From NCBI GenBank assembly GCA_020024255.1, contig JAHHTX010000001.1:2200-66199 (forward strand): DNA of 64,000 nt, read 5' to 3'. The notes beneath the pieces were generated by a model that worked only from the letters and a program-made list of their open reading frames with translations, was not told where the DNA came from and ran no database searches. This document shows positions 51,526 through 61,943 of the stretch, piece by piece (within the stretch, counting starts at the first letter, position 1; each line of letters starts with the position of its first letter). A program made the position numbers and the translations under genes. Origin of the DNA: Anaerotignum sp. Its GTDB lineage: Bacteria > Bacillota > Clostridia > Lachnospirales > Anaerotignaceae.

Positions 51526-51880
51526 GGTTTTGGCAGCAGCAAGTTATGCAGAGCAGAAGTATTTTTTGGAAAAGGAATTTCAAGAACTTCCCGAAAGTAT
51601 ACAAGAGGAAGTGCGTATTATTTGTGTGGTTATGGCACAGAAATTATGCTGTACCTTCTTGATGGGATTTACAGAGGAAGGTAAACTGTATTTTGAAACA
51701 GTGCGGCAAGAAGATGATTTTGACTTTGATGAAATTGGGGCAGAACTGGAAATCAAGCGGATTCAGCGGGAAAAGAAGGAATTGCTCCGTGCCTTGGAAT
51801 TGTGGTATGCTGTCTATTTTACGGAGGAGGGCGAGGCAATCAAAAAAGAACTTCTGGAAAAGGCAGGAAAAGCACAGTGA
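51515..51880 (+). CDS. Conserved hypothetical protein (DUF6145-like)
   Basis: ASYAEQKYF..LPESIQEE..FDEIGAEL..LELWY; overlaps the birA end. Confidence 0.7.
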   Translation: MANKVLAAASYAEQKYFLEKEFQELPESIQEEVRIICVVMAQKLCCTFLMGFTEEGKLYFETVRQEDDFDFDEIGAELEIKRIQREKKELLRALELWYAVYFTEEGEAIKKELLEKAGKAQ

Positions 51881-51907
51881 AATCCTGTCGCAAAACAGAA
51901 AAAAATG

Positions 51908-51935
51908 TTGTAATAATCTTATTTGCTGATATAAT
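51908..51935 (+). promoter_or_regulatory. sigmaA extended -10 promoter for the ECF gene
   Basis: TTGTAA-N16-TATAAT with TGn immediately before the -10. Confidence 0.6.
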
Positions 51936-52085
51936 GAAAAAAGGTTATGTATCATAAGAGCAAACAGGAAAAGATGTTATCTCGTATATGGAGTAAATAT
52001 ACTTTTCTTCATGTTGCCATGGTAAAACCCAAAATACCAAGTAGTCTGACATCTATGTTAAGAGTGAGAATGAAAGGAGAAAACG

Positions 52086-52772
52086 ATGAAAGAGCAACTG
52101 CATGATGGTGCAGAGGATATGGTTTTGCATGAATCGGAAACTTCTGTAAAAACCATAAAAAAGAGAACAAAATTGACAACAAAAGAGATGACGGGAATTG
52201 GGTTGCTGCTGGGTGTGCTTCTTGTCATGTCTTTTACCCCTCTTGGGTATTTTCATACCTTTGGTCTGGATATTTCGTTGATGATGGTGCCTGTTGCCAT
52301 TGGTGCTATGGTTATTGGACCCAAAGCGGGTATGTTCCTTGGCTTGATATTTGGTGTGACAAGCTTTTATCAGGCACTTACAGGTGCATCATGGTTTACT
52401 GCCACACTTTTAAATATCAATCCATTTTTCACTTTTTTGCTGTGTGTTCCCACAAGAATGTGCATGGGATGGCTCACAGGGAATTTGTTTTTGCTTTATA
52501 AAAAAATAGACCGCACCAACACTGTCTGCTATTTTGCAGGGGGATTCACAGCGGCATTTTTGAATACAGTATTCTTTATGGGAATGCTTTTGCTTTGTTT
52601 TTGGCACACTGCGTTTATTCAGGGTATCAACGAATCTTTGGGAAATCTAAATCCTTTGTTCTTTGTGGGTGCATTCATCGGGCTTAATGGTCTTTTGGAA
52701 ATGCCTGCAAGCTGTGTTTTGGGTGGCATTATCTCCAAAGCTTTGGGACAGGCAATCCATAAAAGACGATAA
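52086..52772 (+). CDS. ECF transporter S component (PanT-like)
   Basis: FTPLGY, VPVAIGA..GP..G..LG..FG..S, VPTR, NTVFF; about six TM helices; upstream of coaX. Confidence 0.85.
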   Translation: MKEQLHDGAEDMVLHESETSVKTIKKRTKLTTKEMTGIGLLLGVLLVMSFTPLGYFHTFGLDISLMMVPVAIGAMVIGPKAGMFLGLIFGVTSFYQALTGASWFTATLLNINPFFTFLLCVPTRMCMGWLTGNLFLLYKKIDRTNTVCYFAGGFTAAFLNTVFFMGMLLLCFWHTAFIQGINESLGNLNPLFFVGAFIGLNGLLEMPASCVLGGIISKALGQAIHKRR

Positions 52773-52866
52773 ATTGCGTGTAGATATATTTTGCAGCCGG
52801 AAACAGAGAAATTCAGAATACGGGTTTTTCCGTATTTTCTAAAAGATATGGGAGAGAAACACAGTT

Positions 52867-53643
52867 ATGATTTTAGTTATTGATGTTAGCAATACAAACA
52901 GCAACTTGGGTGTATTTGATGGGGAAAAATTAGTGGCAAACTGGCGTTTGACAACTTGGAACAACCGTACCTCCGACGAAACAGGTATGATGCTTAGAAT
53001 GCTTTTTCAACATTCAGATGTATCTATCCATGAAATAGATGCCGTTATTGTGTCTTCGGTTGTACCGAATGTCATGTATTCCCTTTTGAGTGCTATCCGA
53101 AAGTATCTGAATCTTGAGCCTATGGTGGTTCGTGCAGGTATGAAAACAGGGATTAACCTGCGGATGGAAAACCCTAAGGAAATGGGGACAGACAGAATTA
53201 TCAATCTGGTAGCAGCTTATAAAATTTATGGTGGCCCTGCCATTGTCATAGATTACAGTACAGCAACCACCTTTGATGTGATCAGCGAAGAAGGAGAGTT
53301 TTTGACTGGTATCACTGCTCCCGGTGTACAGATTTGTGCCGATGCTTTGACAGGGAATGCGGCACAGCTTCCTAAAATTGAAATCAAACATCCTGACAGT
53401 TATATGACGAAGAATACAGTGGACAGCATACAGGCAGGGCTTGTACTGGGGCATATCGGAGAAACCATCTATATCATTGAACAGATTCGGAAAGAACTGC
53501 ACATGGAACACGCCAAGGTTATTGCAACAGGGGGACTTGCAAAGGTTATTGATGAAAAAGGTGAGATTTTCGATGTATATGACCCTGTTTTGGCACTGAA
53601 AGGACTGCGCCTTTTATATGAAAAGAATCGGAAGAAGAGATAG
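52867..53643 (+). CDS. coaX: Type III pantothenate kinase paralogue with divergent ATP loops
   Basis: IDVSNT, SSVVP, GTDR, DYSTAT, AQLP, ATGG. Confidence 0.85.
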   Translation: MILVIDVSNTNSNLGVFDGEKLVANWRLTTWNNRTSDETGMMLRMLFQHSDVSIHEIDAVIVSSVVPNVMYSLLSAIRKYLNLEPMVVRAGMKTGINLRMENPKEMGTDRIINLVAAYKIYGGPAIVIDYSTATTFDVISEEGEFLTGITAPGVQICADALTGNAAQLPKIEIKHPDSYMTKNTVDSIQAGLVLGHIGETIYIIEQIRKELHMEHAKVIATGGLAKVIDEKGEIFDVYDPVLALKGLRLLYEKNRKKR

Positions 53644-53655
53644 GGAGGAAACAAA

Positions 53656-54423
53656 ATGCTTTTGGTCATAGACGTGGGAAATACCAACTATGTATTGGGG
53701 GTATACCAGAACAATAAGCTGATTAAATGTTGGCGTATGGCAACGTGTGGAATTGGTACTGCCGATGAAACGGGTATTTTGATTCATTCTTTGTTTGATC
53801 ATTCTGATATTGAGGCAAACAGTATTGATGGGGTTATTATTTCTTCTGTAGTACCGGATATTATGTATTCTTTGACACAAGGAATACGAAAATATCTGAA
53901 TATAGAGCCGATGATTGTATCATCAGGTATGAAAACGGGGATTCTCATTAAACGGGATAATCCCAAAGCTGTTGGTGCAGACAGAATTGTGGATATGGTG
54001 GCGGTTAATGAAATTTACGGCGGCCCTGCCCTTGTTATTGACTACGGTACTGCCAATACCTTTGACGTTATCAATGATAAATCGGAGTTTATTACGGGAT
54101 TTATTACTCCCGGTATTTCCATTTGTGCCGAAGCCCTCAACAAACGGTCGGCACAGCTTCCGAAAATCGAAATTAAAAAACCCAAGTCCATTGTGGTCAA
54201 GAATACCATTGGCAGTATTCAAGCAGGTTTGGTGCTGGGGCATATCGGACAGACCATTTATATCATTGACTGTTTGAAAAAAGAATTGAATCTGCCAGAG
54301 ATGAAGGTTATTGCGACAGGAGGACTTGCCAGAGTCATTGATCCGGATAAAGAGATATTTGATGTCCTCGACCCTGTTTTGACGTTGAAGGGATTAAACA
54401 TCCTGTATCAGAAAAACAAGTGA
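53656..54423 (+). CDS. coaX: Type III pantothenate kinase
   Basis: IDVGNT, SSVVP, GADR, DYGTA, AQLP, ATGG. Confidence 0.92.
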   Translation: MLLVIDVGNTNYVLGVYQNNKLIKCWRMATCGIGTADETGILIHSLFDHSDIEANSIDGVIISSVVPDIMYSLTQGIRKYLNIEPMIVSSGMKTGILIKRDNPKAVGADRIVDMVAVNEIYGGPALVIDYGTANTFDVINDKSEFITGFITPGISICAEALNKRSAQLPKIEIKKPKSIVVKNTIGSIQAGLVLGHIGQTIYIIDCLKKELNLPEMKVIATGGLARVIDPDKEIFDVLDPVLTLKGLNILYQKNK

Positions 54424-54505
54424 GATACAACAAAAAATAGAAATGTACAGGGAGTTGCATCGGGCAGAGCCTGAAGTACTCCCCTTTTTGTGCAAAGGAG
54501 ACAGT

Positions 54506-55474
54506 ATGAAAATTGGAACATTGGAATTGGAAAACAATGTATTTTTAGCACCTATGGCTGGAGTAACAGATTTGCCCTTTCGTGTGTTGTGCAAGGAAAT
54601 GGGCTGTGGATTGGTGTACTCTGAAATGGTCAGTGCAAAGGGGATTTTGTACGATAATAAAAATACAACAGAACTATTACAGGTAGAGGAAAAAGAACGC
54701 CCAACGGCAATTCAGCTTTTTGGCTCTGACCCGAAGATTTTGGGGGAAATGGCAAAGAAAATAGAGCCTTATCCCTTTGATATTATTGATGTGAATATGG
54801 GATGTCCTGCCCCGAAGATTGTAAAAAATGGAGAAGGCAGTGCGTTGACAAAAACACCGAAGTTGGTTGGAGAAATTGTAAAATCTCTCGTAGAGAGCCA
54901 AAGAAAACCTGTTACCATTAAATTTCGGAAGGGCTTTGATGATGCCCATATTAACGCAGTGGAAATTGCGAAAATTGCCGAGGCAAACGGTGCATCTGCT
55001 GTAGCGGTACATGGTAGGACAAGAGAACAGTACTACAGTGGTAAGGCAGATTGGGAGATTATTCGACAGGTAAAAGAGGCAGTATCTATTCCGGTTATTG
55101 GGAATGGAGATGTTTTTACACCGAAAGATGCAAAAGCACTCTTTACGGAAACAGGTTGCGATGCCATTATGGTAGGCAGAGGAGCACAAGGCAATCCTTG
55201 GATATTCAAACGGATTCTCCATTATATGAAAACAGGAGAACTTTTGCCGGAGCCTTCCGCAGAAGAAAAGGTTTCCCTTGCTCTGCGTCATGCCCGTATG
55301 CTTATAGAATATAAAGGGGATTATATTGGAGTACGAGAAATGCGGAAACATATGGCGTGGTATATGAAAGGATTGAAAGGTGCATCTGAATTGCGGGGAA
55401 AAATGAATCATATGGAAAGTTATGATGATATGGAGCAGCTTTTGCAGCAGTATTTGATACAGATGCAAGGCTGA
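54506..55474 (+). CDS. dusB: tRNA-dihydrouridine synthase B
   Basis: [34 protein letters not shown]. Confidence 0.95.
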   Translation: MKIGTLELENNVFLAPMAGVTDLPFRVLCKEMGCGLVYSEMVSAKGILYDNKNTTELLQVEEKERPTAIQLFGSDPKILGEMAKKIEPYPFDIIDVNMGCPAPKIVKNGEGSALTKTPKLVGEIVKSLVESQRKPVTIKFRKGFDDAHINAVEIAKIAEANGASAVAVHGRTREQYYSGKADWEIIRQVKEAVSIPVIGNGDVFTPKDAKALFTETGCDAIMVGRGAQGNPWIFKRILHYMKTGELLPEPSAEEKVSLALRHARMLIEYKGDYIGVREMRKHMAWYMKGLKGASELRGKMNHMESYDDMEQLLQQYLIQMQG

Positions 55475-55576
55475 TGCAAAAAGTATCATGCAATGGGAAA
55501 GGCTGTTTGTATATTTTGCAAATTTATATGCAGAATAAGGGAAACAGCTTTTTTATTTTGCGGAAATCTCCTTATG

Positions 55577-55616
55577 TGACTTAGTCATTGACAGAAGAAA
55601 GAAAAAGGGATAAAAT
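55577..55616 (+). promoter_or_regulatory. sigmaA promoter of copA with adjacent palindrome
   Basis: TTGACA(55588)-N17-TAAAAT(55611); TGACTTAGTCA at 55577-55587. Confidence 0.7.
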
Positions 55617-55666
55617 GACTAGGAAACAAGAAGTTTTCTATGACTAACTGAAAGAGGTGGAAAGAC

Positions 55667-58225
55667 ATGAAACAAAAGTTTGATGTGACAGGTATGACCT
55701 GCTCTGCCTGCTCCGCCCATGTGGAAAAAAGCGTGAATAAGCTGGAAGGTGTGCAACATGTCAACGTCAATCTGCTGCAAAACAGCATGGTAGTGGAATA
55801 TGACAAAGACAAGCTAGGCATACAGGACATTATCGGTGCAGTACAAAGCGGAGGCTATGGTGCTTCGGTACAGGGGGAAACAAAGTCCCAAGGGGCACCG
55901 AAAAATGTTGCGGCAGAGGAAATGAAGCATATGAAAAAACGGCTCATTGCGTCATTCTGCTTTTTAATTCCGTTGTTTTACATTTCCATGGGACATATGA
56001 TGGGAGCTCCGTTGCCTTCCATCTTGGTGGGCGAAAACAATGTGATGCTATTTGCATTGACACAACTCTTTTTGACCATTCCGGTATTGATTATCAATAA
56101 GAAATATTATGTGGTGGGATTTCAGGCGTTGTGGCATAAAGCACCCAACATGGATTCTCTTATTGCCCTTGGCTCAGTGGCAGCTGTGGTTTACAGTGTC
56201 TTTGCAATTTATGCCATGGCATTCTATATGGGACGTGGTGATGGTGCATCAGCACACCACTATGCGATGGAACTTTATTTTGAATCGGCAGCCATGATCT
56301 TGACTTTGATAACAGTCGGGAAATACATGGAAGCCCGTTCCAAAGGAAAAACTTCTGAGGCAATCAGTAAGCTTATGGATTTGGCACCTAAAACAGCTAC
56401 GGTAATCAGAAATGGTAAAGAACAGGAAATTCCTGTAGAACAGGTACGCATAGATGATATCGTTGTGGTACGCCCTGGGCAGAGTGTGCCAGTAGATGGC
56501 ACAGTTATTGAAGGATTTTCTGCTGTGGACGAAAGTGCGATTACAGGGGAAAGTATTCCTGTGGAAAAACAGGTTGGAGATACGGTTATTGGTGCAACGG
56601 TCAATAAGAGTGGTTACTTTAAAATGCAGGCAACCCGTATTGGCAGTGACACAACTTTATCTCAGATTATTGCTCTAGTAGAGGATGCAAGTGCTTCTAA
56701 GGCACCAATTGCAAAACTGGCAGATAAGGTGAGTGGTATTTTTGTGCCGACAGTTATCTGTATTGCACTTCTGGCAAGCATCATTTGGTTTGTGGCAGGA
56801 AATAAACCATTCTCTTTTGCCCTTTCCATTGGTATTGCAGTGCTTGTTATATCCTGCCCTTGTGCACTTGGTCTGGCAACACCTACAGCGATTATGGTTG
56901 GCACAGGAAAAGGAGCAGAGTACGGAATTTTGGTAAAATCGGCAGAAAGCCTTGAAATTGCCCATCAGGTAAAAACAGTGGTTCTGGATAAAACAGGAAC
57001 ATTGACAGAAGGAAAACCCATTGTTACCGATGTGGTTTTGGCGAAAGGAATTCTTAGAAACCATTTCCTGAAACAAGTGGCAGCTGTGGAGGAACTTTCC
57101 GAACACCCCCTTGCAGAAGCGATTGTTCAATACGCCAAAGAAAGGGAGATTGATATTCCCAAGGGCGAAAACCTGTCTGCCACTGCCGGACAAGGCATAG
57201 AAGCCGACGTAGAAGGAAAGCACATTCTGGCGGGCAACCTGAAAATGATGGAAGAACACAACATTGATTTGGGCGATTTTGCAGAAAAAGCTACTACACT
57301 GGCAGAACAGGGAAAAACACCTTTGTTTTTTGCTGAGGACGGTATATTCCTTGGGATTGCCGCTTTAGCAGATACATTGAAGCCTACCAGCAAGGATGCG
57401 GTGGACGCATTCCATCAGATGGGCATAGATGTGGTTATGCTGACAGGGGATAACAAACGGACGGCACAGGCGATTGCAGACCAACTGGGAATTCATGTGG
57501 TAGCGGAGGTACTTCCGCAGGATAAAGAGAGAGAAGTACGCCGCTTGCAGGAAGAAGGAAGAAAGGTTGCTATGATTGGGGACGGCATCAACGATGCCCC
57601 TGCACTGATGCGTGCCGATGTAGGCATTGCCATTGGTGCAGGCACGGACGTTGCTATGGAATCTGCGGATATTATCCTGATGAAAAGTGATTTGATGGAT
57701 GCGGTAACGGCAGTGGAGTTGAGCCATGCCACCATTCGCAATATCAAACAGAACCTGTTTTGGGCATTCTTCTATAATGTTTGTGGGATTCCTTTGGCAG
57801 CAGGGGTATTCTATCCCTTGTTCCAGTGGAAATTAAACCCCATGTTTGCAGCGGCAGCCATGAGTTTCAGCTCTGCTTTTGTGGTTGGCAATGCTCTGCG
57901 GCTGAAAATGTTCCGTCCTCGCTTTGCAAAAGCGAAAGTGGAGCAGAATACAGAGGCAGCAAAAATACAAAATTCTATGCAAACCCCTATAGAACAAAAG
58001 GAGGAGATTAAAATGAAAAAAGTATTGAAAATTGAAGGAATGATGTGCGGACACTGCACAGGTAGAGTAGAAAAGGCACTGAATGACATAGATGGTGTTC
58101 GTGCAGAAGTCAGTTTGGAAGACAAGAGTGCAACGGTTTCCCTTGCAAAAGAGGTGACAGATGAAACACTCATACAAGCTGTGACAGATGCTGGCTATGA
58201 AGTAGTAGACATCAGCGAACAGTAA
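55667..58225 (+). CDS. copA: Cu(I)-translocating P1B ATPase with N- and C-terminal HMA domains
   Basis: GMTCSAC, TGES, CPCALG, DKTGT, SEHP, GDGIND, YN, MSFSS, GMMCGHC. Confidence 0.95.
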   Translation: MKQKFDVTGMTCSACSAHVEKSVNKLEGVQHVNVNLLQNSMVVEYDKDKLGIQDIIGAVQSGGYGASVQGETKSQGAPKNVAAEEMKHMKKRLIASFCFLIPLFYISMGHMMGAPLPSILVGENNVMLFALTQLFLTIPVLIINKKYYVVGFQALWHKAPNMDSLIALGSVAAVVYSVFAIYAMAFYMGRGDGASAHHYAMELYFESAAMILTLITVGKYMEARSKGKTSEAISKLMDLAPKTATVIRNGKEQEIPVEQVRIDDIVVVRPGQSVPVDGTVIEGFSAVDESAITGESIPVEKQVGDTVIGATVNKSGYFKMQATRIGSDTTLSQIIALVEDASASKAPIAKLADKVSGIFVPTVICIALLASIIWFVAGNKPFSFALSIGIAVLVISCPCALGLATPTAIMVGTGKGAEYGILVKSAESLEIAHQVKTVVLDKTGTLTEGKPIVTDVVLAKGILRNHFLKQVAAVEELSEHPLAEAIVQYAKEREIDIPKGENLSATAGQGIEADVEGKHILAGNLKMMEEHNIDLGDFAEKATTLAEQGKTPLFFAEDGIFLGIAALADTLKPTSKDAVDAFHQMGIDVVMLTGDNKRTAQAIADQLGIHVVAEVLPQDKEREVRRLQEEGRKVAMIGDGINDAPALMRADVGIAIGAGTDVAMESADIILMKSDLMDAVTAVELSHATIRNIKQNLFWAFFYNVCGIPLAAGVFYPLFQWKLNPMFAAAAMSFSSAFVVGNALRLKMFRPRFAKAKVEQNTEAAKIQNSMQTPIEQKEEIKMKKVLKIEGMMCGHCTGRVEKALNDIDGVRAEVSLEDKSATVSLAKEVTDETLIQAVTDAGYEVVDISEQ

Positions 58226-58247
58226 ATTTACAAAACAAAGTGACAGG

Positions 58248-58281
58248 AAAAGAACCCTCTCTTTGGGGAGGGTTCTTTTTT
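58248..58281 (+). terminator. Intrinsic terminator after copA
   Basis: AAAAGAACCCTC..GAGGGTTCTTTTTT. Confidence 0.85.
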
Positions 58282-58303
58282 CGGAAAAAATCCGCTTTAT
58301 GCC

Positions 58304-58333
58304 TTGACAAAGGCAGATTTGCTCTCTTATAAT
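58304..58333 (+). promoter_or_regulatory. sigmaA promoter of alaS
   Basis: TTGACA-N18-TATAAT. Confidence 0.75.
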
Positions 58334-58351
58334 AAAAACAAAATCAATATA

Positions 58352-58498
58352 GAAAACGCTAGGAAAAGAAGTAGGCGGAGAATATGTCAAAGCGTAAGCC
58401 TGCATGAAGGGCACAAGTGGCATTTTTTCGGAAATGTAATAAGGCTGGTACCGCGGAAAATCCGTCCCCGACAATTGTGTCAGGGGCGTTTTTATTTT
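58352..58498 (+). ncRNA. T-box-like leader of alaS (atypical, short)
   Basis: AGTA..GAA-bounded stem, TGGTACCGCGG box at 58446, overlapping terminator CGTCCCCGAC..GTCAGGGGCG-TTTTT. Confidence 0.7.
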
Positions 58499-58512
58499 GA
58501 AGGAGGTTCTAT

Positions 58513-61155
58513 ATGAAAAAATTAGGCGTAAATGAAATTAGAGAAACATTTTTGAAATTTTTTGAAAGCAAGGAGCATCTGCGTTTACAGAGTTTTCCCG
58601 TTGTACCGCATAATGATAATAGTTTGCTTTTGATTAACTCTGGTATGGCACCTTTGAAAACCTATTTCACAGGACAGGAAATTCCTCCTAGCAAGCGTGT
58701 GACAACCTGTCAGAAATGTATCCGTACAGGGGATATTGATAACGTGGGAAAAACAGCACGTCATGGCACTTTTTTTGAAATGTTGGGCAACTTTTCATTT
58801 GGTGATTATTTTAAAGAAGAAGTTATTCCTTGGGCATGGGAATTTGTGACTAAGGTAATAGAAATTCCGGAGGACAAGCTCTATGTGACCATTTATGAAG
58901 ATGATGAAGAAACAGGGGAAATCTGGAAGCAAAAAGTAGGTATTCCGGCTGACCGTATTGTCAAGCTGGGAAAAGAGGACAACTTTTGGGAACATGGCAC
59001 AGGTCCTTGTGGCCCTTGTACGGAAATTTACTATGACCGTGGCGAAGAATATGGCTGTGACAGTCCGACCTGCGGTGTTGGCTGCGATTGTGACCGTTAT
59101 ATGGAGTTCTGGAATCTGGTGTTGACACAGTTTAATGCAGAAGAAGACGGTACTTATACAGAGTTGGCACAGAAAAATGTGGATACCGGTATGGGGTTGG
59201 AACGTATGGCAACTATTTTGCAGGGCGTGGACTCTATCTTTGACGTGGATACAGTAAAGTCTATTCGAGATGCAGTATGCAAAAAAGCAAACGTAACATA
59301 CGGAAAAGACCATAAAGCAGATGTTTCTGTTCGTGTAATTACAGATCATATCCGCTCTGTTACCGTGATGACGGCAGACGGTGTGCTTCCGTCCAATGAA
59401 GGCAGAGGTTATGTACTTCGCCGTTTGCTCCGTCGTGCAGCACGCCATGGAAAACTTTTGGGCATTAACGGTGAATTTTTGGCTGAACTTTCCAAGTCGG
59501 TTATTGCTTGCAGTGGAGCGGCTTATCCGGAATTGGTGGAAAAACAAGACTATATTTTTAAAATTCTTTCTGTAGAAGAAAACAGTTTCTATAAAACCAT
59601 TGATAAAGGCATGGAAATTTTAAAGGCAGATATGGAGGAAATGAAAGCAGCAGGCATTAAAACCATGAGCGGCGAAAAATCCTTCCGTCTGTATGATACC
59701 TATGGTTTCCCTGTGGATTTGACAAAGGAAATTCTGGAAGAAGAAGGCATGGAAATTGATGAGGCTGCTTTTGAGAAGGAAATGCAGGAGCAGAAGGACA
59801 GAGCCCGTTTGGCAAGAGCAAAATCCAATTATATGGGTGCAGAAGAAACCGTTTATCATGAATTGCCCGTAGAAATGGAAACCGTTTTTGCTGGATATGA
59901 TGTATCCGATGTGGCAGATGCAAAAATTCTGGCATTGGTTGCCAACAATACTTTATGTGATACAGCAAATGCTGGGGATAGTGTATCTGTATTTTTGAAT
60001 CGGACACCTTTCTATGCAGAAAGCGGCGGTCAGGTAGGTGACCATGGTGTAATCAAGACAGAAGGCGGTAAAGTACAGGTAACAGACTGTATTAAAGTTG
60101 TCGGTGGCAAAATTGCCCATATAGGACAGGTGACGGAAGGAAACATCAAAGTAGGCGAAACAGCTTGTGCAATGAAAGATGAAGCATATCGTTTGGCATC
60201 TGCCAGAAACCACAGTGCAACCCACTTGCTTCATCAGGCACTGCGTACTGTTTTGGGTACTCACGTGGAACAGGCAGGTTCTTATGTCAGCAGCGAAAGA
60301 CTGCGTTTTGACTTCACACACTTTGCAGCAATGAAACCGGAAGAAATTTTGGAAGTGGAAAAACTGGTCAACGATGCGATTTTTGCAGCCTATGATGTTA
60401 AAACGGCAGAAATGTCTTTAGATGAAGCAAGAGATATGGGTGCAATGGCATTGTTTGGAGAAAAATATGGCGATGTGGTTCGTGTGGTAGATATGGGTGG
60501 TTACAGCATTGAACTTTGCGGTGGCGCACATTTGCATAATACAGCACAAATCGGCTCTTTCAAGATTCTTTCTGAAAATGGTGTTGCCGCAGGGGTAAGA
60601 CGTATTGAAGCCGTAACGGGTATAGAAGCACTCCATTATTATCGTGCACAGGAAGATACCATTAAAGAAGCGTGCCGAATTGTGAAAACCACACCTGAGA
60701 ATCTGACAGCAAGGCTGGAACAGCTTTTGGCAGAACAAAAAGAAACAGCAAAAGAATTGGAAAAGCTGAAAGCAAAAATGGCAGGTGGTGCAGCTGAAGA
60801 AATTTTGCAGAAAAAGACAGAAATCAACGGCGTAGCGGTTTTGGCAGCAGAAGTCAAGGATATGGATGGCAATGCACTGCGTACCATGGGCGATCAGTTG
60901 AAAAATAAACTGGGCAGCGGTGTTGTGGTACTGGCAAGCGGAAAAGATGGCAAAGTGAACCTCCTTGCCATGGCAACAGATGATGTGGTGAAAAAAGGCG
61001 TACACGCAGGTAATGTCATTAAAGCAGCAGCAGGTGTCTGCGGTGGCGGTGGTGGCGGTCGCCCCAATATGGCACAGGCAGGCGGAAAAGATGTATCGAA
61101 GATTGCAGATGCTTTGGAAAAAGCAAAAGAAGTTCTGGCTGAACAAATCAAGTAA
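58513..61155 (+). CDS. alaS: Alanine-tRNA ligase
   Basis: NSGM, QKCIR, FFEMLGNFSFGDYFK, DTGMGLER, HSATH, ELCGGAH, GGGGR. Confidence 0.98.
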   Translation: MKKLGVNEIRETFLKFFESKEHLRLQSFPVVPHNDNSLLLINSGMAPLKTYFTGQEIPPSKRVTTCQKCIRTGDIDNVGKTARHGTFFEMLGNFSFGDYFKEEVIPWAWEFVTKVIEIPEDKLYVTIYEDDEETGEIWKQKVGIPADRIVKLGKEDNFWEHGTGPCGPCTEIYYDRGEEYGCDSPTCGVGCDCDRYMEFWNLVLTQFNAEEDGTYTELAQKNVDTGMGLERMATILQGVDSIFDVDTVKSIRDAVCKKANVTYGKDHKADVSVRVITDHIRSVTVMTADGVLPSNEGRGYVLRRLLRRAARHGKLLGINGEFLAELSKSVIACSGAAYPELVEKQDYIFKILSVEENSFYKTIDKGMEILKADMEEMKAAGIKTMSGEKSFRLYDTYGFPVDLTKEILEEEGMEIDEAAFEKEMQEQKDRARLARAKSNYMGAEETVYHELPVEMETVFAGYDVSDVADAKILALVANNTLCDTANAGDSVSVFLNRTPFYAESGGQVGDHGVIKTEGGKVQVTDCIKVVGGKIAHIGQVTEGNIKVGETACAMKDEAYRLASARNHSATHLLHQALRTVLGTHVEQAGSYVSSERLRFDFTHFAAMKPEEILEVEKLVNDAIFAAYDVKTAEMSLDEARDMGAMALFGEKYGDVVRVVDMGGYSIELCGGAHLHNTAQIGSFKILSENGVAAGVRRIEAVTGIEALHYYRAQEDTIKEACRIVKTTPENLTARLEQLLAEQKETAKELEKLKAKMAGGAAEEILQKKTEINGVAVLAAEVKDMDGNALRTMGDQLKNKLGSGVVVLASGKDGKVNLLAMATDDVVKKGVHAGNVIKAAAGVCGGGGGGRPNMAQAGGKDVSKIADALEKAKEVLAEQIK

Positions 61156-61176
61156 AAAAACAATCATACGATTCGA

Positions 61177-61210
61177 GAAAGGGACAGCGTTTTGCCTGTC
61201 CTTTTCTTTT
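61177..61210 (+). terminator. Intrinsic terminator after alaS
   Basis: GAAAGGGACAG..CTGTCCTTTTCTTTT. Confidence 0.7.
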
Positions 61211-61254
61211 GGAAAAGGCTGTTTTGTTCTGCTTTTTGTGCTATACTGAACTAT

Positions 61255-61348
61255 ACAGAGATAAAAACACAGTTCGGTCGGTAGTCCGGACACAGCAGAA
61301 GAAAGTCTGCTGTCAGTAACCTGCCTCCTTTGGTTGTCCATTCTCTGT
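61255..61348 (+). ncRNA. yjdF riboswitch (azaaromatic-sensing motif)
   Basis: AAAAACAC..TCGGTCGGTAGTCCG..GTCAGTAACCTGCCTCCTTTGGTTGTCC; closing ACAGAGA/TCTCTGT stem; anti-SD CCTCCTTT complementary to AAAGGAGG; upstream of a yjdF gene. Confidence 0.85.
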
Positions 61349-61377
61349 GATTGCTTAAATTAAAGGAGGAACAGAAT

Positions 61378-61794
61378 ATGGACAAAATCATGGCGAAACT
61401 GACAGTATACTTTGAATCTCCCTTTTGGGTAGGGCTTTATGAGCGGAATGAAAAGGGCAGGTATGCGGTCTGCAAAATTACATTCGGCGCAGAGCCAAAA
61501 GATGGAGAAATTATAGAATTTTTATGTCTACAATGGAAAAATCTTGTGTTTAGCCCATCTGTACAGTGCTGTCTGCCAAAAGAGAAGGCGAAAAATCCAA
61601 AACGGATGCAACGGCTTGTACAAAAAGAAATGCAAAAAGGTGTCAGCACAAAGGCACAGCAGGCGTTGCAGGCACAAAGAGAGCAGAATAAAAAAATGCG
61701 GAAAACGGTTTCCAAGGCACAGAAAGAGACAGAGAAAAAACGTAAATTTGTTTTGCAGCAGGAAAAACGGAAAGCTAAGCATAAAGGGCATTGA
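61378..61794 (+). CDS. yjdF: YjdF family (DUF2992) protein
   Basis: LTVYFESPFWVG, FGAEPKD, NPKRMQR, STKAQQAL, KHKGH. Confidence 0.9.
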   Translation: MDKIMAKLTVYFESPFWVGLYERNEKGRYAVCKITFGAEPKDGEIIEFLCLQWKNLVFSPSVQCCLPKEKAKNPKRMQRLVQKEMQKGVSTKAQQALQAQREQNKKMRKTVSKAQKETEKKRKFVLQQEKRKAKHKGH

Positions 61795-61943
61795 GTAGCC
61801 ATGTGATCGTGCAAAAAAAGAGGTATTTTGTCGCAATGTGGCAGAATACTTCTTTTTTGTCGGAAAAGGATTTCGTGAATTTTAAAAATGATACTGCTAT
61901 TTGTAATAGAAATGGATATAATGGAGGAAAAGGAGGCGATGGT

